A stretch of 54,605 nucleotides of DNA from a virus (Duplodnaviria > Caudoviricetes). The position numbers and the translations under genes are program-made. This document shows, in pieces, positions 17,868 to 26,108 of the stretch; position 1 is the stretch's first letter; each line of letters opens with the position of its first letter. The notes below the pieces were generated by a model, which was not told where the DNA came from, ran no database searches, and worked only from the letters and a program-made list of their open reading frames with translations. The stretch lies in IMG/VR virus record IMGVR_UViG_3300037114_000023, positions 1 through 54,605 of that record; one strand, written 5' to 3'.

Positions 17868-18534
17868 GAGAATCTTCAATCGAATCGTCAAAAAAGTGAA
17901 ACAGCCCTTGAAGTTCGCGGCTTTGGCTCTGGCGGGCGTTGCTGCGGCATTGGAAACCCCAAGCGCAAGCGGGCAGGCGGCACAAGATCCGCCGATGTAC
18001 GGCGCGAACCTTATCCTGAACAATCAGGTTTTCACCAATGGCGTCGTGACGCTGGGGTCAAGCAACTACGACGCGAAGGGCGGCTGGATTAGCTTCCCCA
18101 ACGCTGGAAATGTCGGGGCGATGGGGCGCGCGACCAATCTGACTATCGAGTTGCTGTCCGCGCCCGCGCAGTACGTGACCAACACCAACGGCATCAATGT
18201 TTTCACGAACAGCTTCAACAGCACCAACAACGTGCCATTGATAGTCACCTGGCAGTTGGTCATGGACGATTACACGTCCCTCTACAGCCTCAGCACGAAT
18301 TACACCTGGTTCGGTGTGGCCCAGACCAACCCGATTCCAGCGACATGGACGAATGTGACGGTGACAAACATCTTCAATATCAATTCCAACAGAACGTGGC
18401 AGTTGGTGGGCACGAACACGGCGTTGAGCAATTTTTACGGATGCAAAAAGGGAAGGATTGTCCAGTTGCAGTACATGGGAACCAACGACGTGGCGATTTA
18501 CTTCCTGCGCGCCGGGTTCATCATGGGGCCGTAG
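17866..18534 (+). CDS. Signal-peptide-bearing Thr/Asn-rich protein (decoration-gene position)
   Basis: Basic N region plus FAALALAGVAAA; directly after the capsid gene. Confidence 0.6.
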   Translation: MRIFNRIVKKVKQPLKFAALALAGVAAALETPSASGQAAQDPPMYGANLILNNQVFTNGVVTLGSSNYDAKGGWISFPNAGNVGAMGRATNLTIELLSAPAQYVTNTNGINVFTNSFNSTNNVPLIVTWQLVMDDYTSLYSLSTNYTWFGVAQTNPIPATWTNVTVTNIFNINSNRTWQLVGTNTALSNFYGCKKGRIVQLQYMGTNDVAIYFLRAGFIMGP

Positions 18535-18573
18535 TGATTTCCAAGGTCTCCGATTCGTCTCGGATTTTGGATT

Positions 18574-18612
18574 GCGAGCGCCGGAGGAACCCCACCACTG
18601 GCGTTCGTTTTT
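18574..18612 (+). terminator. Intrinsic terminator
   Basis: GCGAGCGCCGG/CTGGCGTTCGT stem with T run; a second hairpin lies upstream. Confidence 0.55.
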
Positions 18613-18651
18613 GGTTTGCGGTGTTAAATTGCGGAAATTGAAAGCATTATT

Positions 18652-19065
18652 ATGAGCAAATTCTATCATCTTGTCGGTGCCGCGCGCGCTGTAGCCGCTG
18701 GTTCGTTCCTCATCACGTTTTACCCGTACGAGCGCACAAGCACATGGCTCGGGGTTTACGAGGCCACTGACGAGAAGCAGATCGAGGCCCTGGACGCGCT
18801 CATCAAGGAGAACGGCGACAAAAAGACCGCCCTCACTGAGATTGACGAGAAGGAGTACCAGAAGTGCATCAAAAAAAAGGTAGCCGCCGGTCAGGGCTAC
18901 ACGCAATCGCTGGCGCAATCAACGCCGACGCCTGGAGTCAAGGAAACTGCCGGTTTTGCGGGTAAACCCGTGGAGGCCGACAAGTTTTCGATGCTGCCGC
19001 CGCCGGAAAAGCCGAAAGAGGCGGAAGTGCTGGAGCCAGTTCCGGTCGAGAAGAAAACCGAATAA
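18652..19065 (+). CDS. Hypothetical virion-module protein
   Basis: 137-aa ORF in the operon. Confidence 0.7.
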   Translation: MSKFYHLVGAARAVAAGSFLITFYPYERTSTWLGVYEATDEKQIEALDALIKENGDKKTALTEIDEKEYQKCIKKKVAAGQGYTQSLAQSTPTPGVKETAGFAGKPVEADKFSMLPPPEKPKEAEVLEPVPVEKKTE

Positions 19066-19079
19066 ACCATTGGTGATGA

Positions 19080-19865
19080 ATGTCCGATCCCTACGAACGG
19101 CTGAGTGGCTTTCCGACCTGGCGGGATTTCAACGCCAAGGTGGACAAGCTGTGTCCGCTTGAGCGCAAGCGGATTTTCGGGACAAAGTGCGAGGATGGTT
19201 CGTCGGTTTATTACCGGGAGCAAATCCGGCAGGCCATTCTGGACCTGAAAAACTTCATCCCGGAATACACCCGCAACCACGAGAGTATTTACTACCCCGC
19301 CGACTTCGCCGATGACGGGCAGGCCAGTGTGGGTGCTTTGCCGCCGATGGCGCAGGTTCGCTCCGCGTGGTATTACGGCGTGGAATCCAGCGACCCGGCC
19401 AAACATCGGCGGTTCGAGGTAATCAATTTCCCGTGGGAAAAGCGGTTTGAAATGACCAGTCGGGAGATCCACGACTTTCTGGACAGTGACTATATCACCC
19501 TGACTGCGGCTTCGATTAGCGCCCTGGCTATGGCAGAGACATTGGATATGTTCCGGGCCAATGGGCGCCGGAGGGTTGGCATGATGGCGATAAGCCCGAC
19601 GCATGAGCGGTTCTACCTTTACCCGAAGCTCGCCGGACCGTGGATTTTCTCACTGTTTTGGGACGGGCAGAAGCTTGATTACCGGGACAACGAGCATGTG
19701 CCGTTTGACGAGGACACCGCGGGAGCCGTGGCGTTTTACGTCAAATCCCAATTTAATATGTACGTTGACCGCGAGCCTGCGCTTGCCGAAGCCAACGGGA
19801 AGATGTACACAGTCAAGCGCACGAACATTATGCTGCGATTACAAGCGAAAGGTTTCATCAAATGA
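19080..19865 (+). CDS. Probable head-tail adaptor (P22 gp4/T7 gp11 position)
   Basis: Size, position, helical termini. Confidence 0.5.
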   Translation: MSDPYERLSGFPTWRDFNAKVDKLCPLERKRIFGTKCEDGSSVYYREQIRQAILDLKNFIPEYTRNHESIYYPADFADDGQASVGALPPMAQVRSAWYYGVESSDPAKHRRFEVINFPWEKRFEMTSREIHDFLDSDYITLTAASISALAMAETLDMFRANGRRRVGMMAISPTHERFYLYPKLAGPWIFSLFWDGQKLDYRDNEHVPFDEDTAGAVAFYVKSQFNMYVDREPALAEANGKMYTVKRTNIMLRLQAKGFIK

Positions 19866-20248
19866 GAAACTGCCAGCCACCAGCCGTACCGGCACCGCTC
19901 GCGCCTTACGAGCGCCTTGTGCAATCGCCATTGGCGAACATCATCGGCGATGCTTCGATCATCAATATTCCGCTGTCGCCGGAGGTCACATACTTGCAGG
20001 GAGCCGCCACTGCCGCACCCGGAGGAACCTATGCGCTGACATTGCCACCGGGGAACACACAGCAACTTTTCAAAAGGATTTACATTCCCGGCGCTTTGGT
20101 AGTCGGAACGGCGACCTGGGTTATCACCGGAACTTTTGCCGGCGGATTTACCAAACTTACATTTAACGCTCTGGCAACTTCGGCGGTTCTGGAATGGGAT
20201 GGTTCTAGCTATCAATTGATTGGCGGCAACGCGATATTGAGTCCGTAA
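19862..20248 (+). CDS. Small beta-rich virion protein
   Basis: LTLPPG...SAVLEWDGSSYQLIG fibre-tip-like pattern. Confidence 0.55.
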   Translation: MRNCQPPAVPAPLAPYERLVQSPLANIIGDASIINIPLSPEVTYLQGAATAAPGGTYALTLPPGNTQQLFKRIYIPGALVVGTATWVITGTFAGGFTKLTFNALATSAVLEWDGSSYQLIGGNAILSP

Positions 20249-20252
20249 ACCT

Positions 20253-22238
20253 ATGATTAAACGCATACTTTTGACAGGGCTGGCAATGTTTGCGGCCGTA
20301 AACATCTTCGCGCAGCACGAACGGCAGATTGTGGAGACATCACCCCTCGCGCGCGCGTTGCTGACGAATGACACGGCGTTACAGTGGATTGACGCGCTTG
20401 GCATCGGCACGAACATCAATGTCACCAACATAGGCGACCTGACGGTTACTACTAACCTTTCCTTGCCGCTCGGGGCAAGCGTTGGGGCATTCTGGACCAG
20501 CACGGACAGCAGCGGCGATGGTGCGTGGACAAACAACGGGTTTTCCCTGACGAACCTGAACGCGACGAACTTGACTGGCAATATCTCGACATTCGGAGTG
20601 ACTGCCAACATCAATCCGGGCTTGTATCCCAAAGGGGCGACCTACAACAGCGGTAGCGATTTCCCCGTGCCCTTGATTGCTGGAGCGTCTTACTATTTCA
20701 ACCGATCTGACTTATCCGTCATTGACTCAGGTGGGCCGCATTGGACGAACTCGGGGATATTCACGGCGGTTGGAACCAACCTGACGTTCGGCGGTATTGG
20801 AACCTACGGGCAACCCGTGAAAGACCAGGTCTGGATGATTACGAATTACGTGGCCGGGACATTCGTGGGCGACTTTTCTAGATACCCAATAAACGCTCAG
20901 ATTCTAACCAATCTGACCAACGTGGTGATAAGCGGACCAAGTCCGCATTTTATTTACCAGCAGACAAACATTCCCGCCACTTATTCCCAGGGAACCCCGA
21001 TCTTTGCAAATTTTATCCCCGGAGGAAACCCAACTTTCAATGACGCCTTGATTATTGCGTGCGATGACCTTCTGCCAAATGGCTATGCTGATATTGCCTT
21101 CGGTTACTTTGGAGGTGGCCTCAACACCGATCCGACAAACTTTGTCACGTCTGGAGGAATCGGCGTCAGTTCCTACAACGGAAACTGGGGAACTCCTTGG
21201 CTAAACCAGTCTAATTATGGTGTGTGGAATCCCGGAGCGCTAACGGTCTGTACCGTTGGTGGAACCGCTTTTATAGTCTGCGGAGATTATGTCGGCCAGA
21301 CCCTCAACGGAGACATTCCTGAATTTTTCATCAGTTCAAACGGCTACCATGTAATGATAACCGACCAGTCATCGGGCAGCACTAACTACTTTGATTTCAA
21401 CCGCACCAACTCGGTTCTAAATATACCCTATGGTGGTCTGGTAATCGGGGCATCAAATAATGCACAATTTGTTTATATTGAGGGGACAAACGGCGGTCGA
21501 GAGCCGGTTTTTGCGAATTACAATAACGGCTCCAACTCGCTTGATTTGGTCACGGCCAGCGACACCAACGGCGGCTTGGCGGCGATTGAATTCGGTTACA
21601 CAAGCAACCCTTTTTCGGCTCCGGTCCAAGTTGCCGCCATCGGAATAAGTTCCCCGAAAAGTTTTTACTCCCAGCCTTATACGGGCACAAGCAACTATGG
21701 AATGTACACGCCCGGAAATCTTTACTTTCAAACCGATGGTGGCGAGCCTTGGGTTTTTAGCTCCGTTGGAATACCGGGGGTTGCCTCAATGCCAATTGGG
21801 CAGATTCCTGAATTTTACATGGCCAGCAACCACTATGGAATGCACATCACGGATTGGTACACAGGCAGCACTAATTATTTCAACTTCAACAGAACAAACG
21901 CAAGTTTCTCCGCGCCATTTGGTAGTATAGCTTCATTGACGAACTCTGCCGTCATTACTCTAGCGGGAACAGTGACGGCGACCAATGGGCTTATATCCGA
22001 GGCGGCGAACGCTCCCGTCTTAATTCAGCCAAGCGGCATCACCAATGCGTTCGGCGTGAATGGAATTGCTTTCGTGACCTGCACGAACGGGAGTTGGACA
22101 AATTTCAATAGCCTTGGAACCGCAGTTTTGACCAACACGGCTATTACCGGAACCAATATTCCCGTGCCGGTTCAGGCCGGTGGCTACCTCAAAGCTGCCG
22201 CCGCAGGGGTGATGTCTGGAACTCTTGTGCCGTTCTAA
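20253..22238 (+). CDS. Signal-peptide-bearing tail fibre-like protein with an internal duplication
   Basis: MIKRILLTGLAMFAAVNIFA signal; T/N/G rich; two IPEF...GSTNYFxFNRTN repeats. Confidence 0.65.
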   Translation: MIKRILLTGLAMFAAVNIFAQHERQIVETSPLARALLTNDTALQWIDALGIGTNINVTNIGDLTVTTNLSLPLGASVGAFWTSTDSSGDGAWTNNGFSLTNLNATNLTGNISTFGVTANINPGLYPKGATYNSGSDFPVPLIAGASYYFNRSDLSVIDSGGPHWTNSGIFTAVGTNLTFGGIGTYGQPVKDQVWMITNYVAGTFVGDFSRYPINAQILTNLTNVVISGPSPHFIYQQTNIPATYSQGTPIFANFIPGGNPTFNDALIIACDDLLPNGYADIAFGYFGGGLNTDPTNFVTSGGIGVSSYNGNWGTPWLNQSNYGVWNPGALTVCTVGGTAFIVCGDYVGQTLNGDIPEFFISSNGYHVMITDQSSGSTNYFDFNRTNSVLNIPYGGLVIGASNNAQFVYIEGTNGGREPVFANYNNGSNSLDLVTASDTNGGLAAIEFGYTSNPFSAPVQVAAIGISSPKSFYSQPYTGTSNYGMYTPGNLYFQTDGGEPWVFSSVGIPGVASMPIGQIPEFYMASNHYGMHITDWYTGSTNYFNFNRTNASFSAPFGSIASLTNSAVITLAGTVTATNGLISEAANAPVLIQPSGITNAFGVNGIAFVTCTNGSWTNFNSLGTAVLTNTAITGTNIPVPVQAGGYLKAAAAGVMSGTLVPF

Positions 22239-22240
22239 TT

Positions 22241-24943
22241 ATGGCACGCCAATCCCCACCTGTTGAGATAAAGCCTTCCCAGGGCGGAAAGCTGATGGGC
22301 GGATTGTCCTACGAAGCGGCTGGCCTTTCCAACTACATCACCAAAAGGGACTGGAGGCGATACGGGGATCGGGAGTTGCGCGCCGAAGGGAATGAGGGGC
22401 TTTACTTGAATGTTCTGGTGGCTAAAAATATCCAAGTCACGCCAGCGGGTTCTACCTTTCCATTGACCTTGATTTGCGAGGCTCGCCGAGGCGATGGCAA
22501 GCGAACGGTTGTCGCCGGAAACCAGACAACGCTCTGGGCTTACACAGGAACCGAGGACACGCATTACGTTTTGAATTCCGAAGGACAGCCGGATTATTTC
22601 TCGAATACAATCAATGGACCAACACCTCCGGATGTTCCGGTTTACAGTGGTGGTGGCGACAACTTTTTTTCTAACTTGGTCTCCGGACAGAAGTACACGC
22701 TTACATTCGGACAAAACGACAACGCCGCAAAGATTAACAATCAGGTTTATCTAGGGCCAAACCCAGTTACGTTTACCGCTGGCCCTGGCCCTGTCACCCT
22801 TTTTGGAAAACCCAACCTGCCAACAACGGCACAACTTACCGCCCCCTACGTGGACGAGAACCAATACGGCTGGATACAGATAGCCAGCGGTCTCTCAGCA
22901 AGCGGACGACGGTGGGAAGCCGTGAGCGTGGGGGATTATATCTGCCTGAACAATGGGGTTGACCTGCCGCTCACCTTCCGACCAGGCGACCAGAGTGCGT
23001 TTCCGATTTACGAACTGCGGGAGCAACAGATTGCGTGCGTGGGAACGATTGCCTCGCATGTCGGCAATTTGCTGTGCATGGACATCACCAGCATAAACGA
23101 CGCCCCATTTGCCGCGCTCATGGCCCCCGTGACCGGTGCCGTGGATGCCGGAATGGACGTTACCGGCCTGATTTCCGTTCCAGCACAAACTCTTTTTCCT
23201 GATGCGACTGTTACGGTTGGTCTGACGATATTCTGGGCCTCCGGACAAGCGGCCAAGATTATTTCGATTGACGGGGATGGAAACATTACCACGGCTGTAG
23301 TTCAGGCTATTCCATCCGGCCCTGTCTATCTCGAAAACCCATTGGCTTACGCAGCCTACGTGAGTAACGGAAACACGCAGAGATACCCCTGGAGGATGCT
23401 GCCCTCGATGCCCGGCGCTCCGCGGCGATTCGGGGCTACGGTTCCAGTGAGCGCCAACCTTTTTGACCGCCAGTTGATTTTCCAGTATCCGATACGCTCA
23501 CTGCCCGAGCTTTTGACGCTCAATCTCGCCGGCGGGTTCTCGGTCGAGGGCCAGATTGGCGGCACCACGGATATTCAGGTTCTTTACGCCGGACAAGGAG
23601 GCATAACCCTGACGACCAGCGTGATCGGGATACAGGACGGCATAGCGATGTCCTGCCTGATTTTCGACCCGATTCTCAGCCCGATAAGCGACACGGGCAA
23701 TGTGAACGAAAACACGGTGTCATCCATCGAGGCGGCAGATGCCGCAGACAGTTACGCCGGGGCTTATACCGATCTGGTGGGCGACGGAAGCGCCATCCTC
23801 AAGGCGCTGCAACTCCAGACTCAAATCATCGTTTACAAGGAAACTGGACATATTTTCCTCGGCGTGTTCACTGGAGACATCACCAACCCATACCAGTTTC
23901 AGGACATCGAGGTTCATAACCAGGGCCAGTGTTTGCGTTACCGAAACGTCGTTATCGGGAGCGGGGGCGGGTTTTACGGCAGTTGCCATGTTTACGCCGG
24001 GAGGAATGCTTTTTACAAGTTCGATTTGTTCATGCAGACGCCGCAGGAGATTCCCGAACTGCAACCCGCACAGGACTTGTTCTTTCAGGCTTCGATTGCC
24101 GACCCGGAGAATGCCTATGTAGCGGAGAATCCCCTCACGACGGAGTGGGTGTTTGGCTGGGACTTGCCGGGAGCGGACCGGGCCTTGTGCTTCGACTACA
24201 CGAGCCGGACATGCCGTACGACCAGCATGACGATGGCGTCCGCGTGCAAAATCCAGCATCCGAATCCAGCGCGGAATGACTGGCTGTTTCTTTTTGGCAG
24301 CGACGACGGCACTGTCCAGCGTTACGGGCTGTGGGACGCCAAACCTCAGCCATCGGGTGCGGTGACGGTAAGCGTGACGGGAATTGTCGCTACGGCATCC
24401 GCAGCGTTCTTCACCGTCGATCATGTAGGCATGAGCATCCTCGCCAAGATTGGAGACTGTGCGGAACTCGTGGCCATCACCGGCTACACTTCACCGACGC
24501 AAGTTACCGTCCTGGGTTCATTCTCAACCCCGGCATGTCCGTTGCCGTTTTACATCCTGCCCGCGACATGGCATCGAAACGGTCTGCCGTACGATTCCAT
24601 CCTTGAATCCGGCCTTGGCGACCTCGGCTCATCGGACATGGAAAAGCAGGTCATCCGGTATGTGCCCATTGCGGGCAGCAAGCTCCAGTGGGACACCGTT
24701 GATTTTCCGCCGTTCCCGACGTTGCTGAATCTCGCGTTCAAGGGTGCCATCAACCCGACGGCCAAACCGGATTGGGAAATCGAGACGACGGCGAGTGAGC
24801 CGCACAATCTCGTGGAACCGACCTATCAGGCGTTTTACGTCGGGGACAAAGTTTGCATCAACGCCATCAACGCACCATACGCACTCGTGAACCGGATATG
24901 GCAGAGTAAAGCCATCGGCAGCCAGAGCGCGGGGAGAGTATAA
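22241..24943 (+). CDS. Tail nozzle/tubular protein (P22 gp10/T7 gp12-like)
   Basis: 900 aa, beta-propeller-like segments, podoviral position. Confidence 0.6.
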   Translation: MARQSPPVEIKPSQGGKLMGGLSYEAAGLSNYITKRDWRRYGDRELRAEGNEGLYLNVLVAKNIQVTPAGSTFPLTLICEARRGDGKRTVVAGNQTTLWAYTGTEDTHYVLNSEGQPDYFSNTINGPTPPDVPVYSGGGDNFFSNLVSGQKYTLTFGQNDNAAKINNQVYLGPNPVTFTAGPGPVTLFGKPNLPTTAQLTAPYVDENQYGWIQIASGLSASGRRWEAVSVGDYICLNNGVDLPLTFRPGDQSAFPIYELREQQIACVGTIASHVGNLLCMDITSINDAPFAALMAPVTGAVDAGMDVTGLISVPAQTLFPDATVTVGLTIFWASGQAAKIISIDGDGNITTAVVQAIPSGPVYLENPLAYAAYVSNGNTQRYPWRMLPSMPGAPRRFGATVPVSANLFDRQLIFQYPIRSLPELLTLNLAGGFSVEGQIGGTTDIQVLYAGQGGITLTTSVIGIQDGIAMSCLIFDPILSPISDTGNVNENTVSSIEAADAADSYAGAYTDLVGDGSAILKALQLQTQIIVYKETGHIFLGVFTGDITNPYQFQDIEVHNQGQCLRYRNVVIGSGGGFYGSCHVYAGRNAFYKFDLFMQTPQEIPELQPAQDLFFQASIADPENAYVAENPLTTEWVFGWDLPGADRALCFDYTSRTCRTTSMTMASACKIQHPNPARNDWLFLFGSDDGTVQRYGLWDAKPQPSGAVTVSVTGIVATASAAFFTVDHVGMSILAKIGDCAELVAITGYTSPTQVTVLGSFSTPACPLPFYILPATWHRNGLPYDSILESGLGDLGSSDMEKQVIRYVPIAGSKLQWDTVDFPPFPTLLNLAFKGAINPTAKPDWEIETTASEPHNLVEPTYQAFYVGDKVCINAINAPYALVNRIWQSKAIGSQSAGRV

Positions 24944-24945
24944 TT

Positions 24946-25227
24946 ATGCACATAATAACAGTTTGGAAAGACAGCAAGAATCTGTGCCCAAAATGCGGAA
25001 CACCGCTGCAACGAATAGACCGCAACAAATCTGATAGAATTATTTTAGACCAGTTCCACTGCGAAAAATGTGGAACCTGGGCACTTGAGAGTGTCATCAA
25101 AACCAAAACAGTCACAACCGACCTTGACACGCCCGCTGGCTATCCTATGGCTACACCGCCTCCAGGTGGTTGGCCTAAAGTGGCAGATCCGACGGTTGAC
25201 CGTTCTGAGGATTGGAAAAAAGAATAA
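24946..25227 (+). CDS. Zn-ribbon protein
   Basis: CPKC...CEKC. Confidence 0.6.
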   Translation: MHIITVWKDSKNLCPKCGTPLQRIDRNKSDRIILDQFHCEKCGTWALESVIKTKTVTTDLDTPAGYPMATPPPGGWPKVADPTVDRSEDWKKE

Positions 25228-25231
25228 AATT

Positions 25232-25429
25232 ATGTATGACCCAAAAACAGACGAAGTAACCAAGAATCCCGACCCGAACTCGTTTCCTCGCGGCGAAACC
25301 TGCCCGGACGGAACGCCTCACACGTTTGAGGAAACCGGGGTTGAGAAGCATTGTCATGGCTGTTGCCAGTGTCAGACGCTTTGCACCAAGTGCAACGAGG
25401 AACGGTGGATAATTCCGAGCCACGAATAA
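25232..25429 (+). CDS. Small Cys/His-rich protein
   Basis: HCHGCCQCQTLCTKC. Confidence 0.55.
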   Translation: MYDPKTDEVTKNPDPNSFPRGETCPDGTPHTFEETGVEKHCHGCCQCQTLCTKCNEERWIIPSHE

Positions 25430-25830
25430 TGGACGAGATTGTTGGCATCGCGGTATTGACGGACGTAAACCCCTCAGACGGGTACGAGTATCTTTTTGTC
25501 ACCTGTTCCAGTCCGAGCCGAAAGACCATCCAGACATCGGCCATACCGATTCGTGCGAAAGGAATCCCCAATCCCGGCAATCGCTGCTGGCAGTACGTGG
25601 TTCGTGGCGATTATCTGGACGTGACACCCAGCCTGAAAATCAGCTACCCCAGGCAGGATTTAAAACCCGAGAGGGAGATTTTCCACAACAGCGGCGCGTG
25701 GAGTGTCAAATTCGTCCGTAAAACAATGGACGAAGCCAGCGACGAACTGGGAAGGCTTAACTTTGAACTGGTAAATAAACTCCGCGAACAATGGGGACTT
25801 GCTCCCGTAAGGAGCATTTACCATGAGTAA
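25429..25830 (+). CDS. Hypothetical protein
   Basis: TAATG-coupled start, 133 aa. Confidence 0.6.
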   Translation: MDEIVGIAVLTDVNPSDGYEYLFVTCSSPSRKTIQTSAIPIRAKGIPNPGNRCWQYVVRGDYLDVTPSLKISYPRQDLKPEREIFHNSGAWSVKFVRKTMDEASDELGRLNFELVNKLREQWGLAPVRSIYHE

Positions 25831-26104
25831 GCTCACCGCCCAAACTCCGGCAGGCGCAACCAAGCCCGCGCACGCGGTCATTCAATGGCCGACGTTCAAT
25901 CCGCCCCCGCCGCATCCGGTTTTCGGCGTCACGGCGGCGCATCTGGACTACATGAGCAAGTGGTATTCCAGCGTCCAAGGCGCGGTCAACGGACGCATGG
26001 ACGCCCAAAGCGCGGCGATTGAGGCGACCAACACGGCACTCGCAACGGCGAACGAAACGATTGCATCCTTGCAAACACAGTTGAAATCAACGACAAAGAC
26101 CTAA
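25823..26104 (+). CDS. Small coiled-coil tail protein (needle-like)
   Basis: Heptad C-terminus IEATNTALATANETIASLQTQL. Confidence 0.5.
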   Translation: MSKLTAQTPAGATKPAHAVIQWPTFNPPPPHPVFGVTAAHLDYMSKWYSSVQGAVNGRMDAQSAAIEATNTALATANETIASLQTQLKSTTKT

Positions 26105-26108
26105 CGAT

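Noticed and set aside
15697-17985. 762-aa antisense ORF over the capsid gene, and similar long antisense ORFs
   Set aside because: Shadow of strong codon bias; no protein-like motifs
18871-18880. AAAAAAAAG slippery site as a tail-chaperone frameshift
   Set aside because: The -1 frame closes after about 28 codons and the phage has no tape measure gene
20995-21930. Diversity-generating retroelement TR/VR pair
   Set aside because: Differences between the repeats are not adenine-specific, both copies are in one ORF, and no reverse transcriptase is visible
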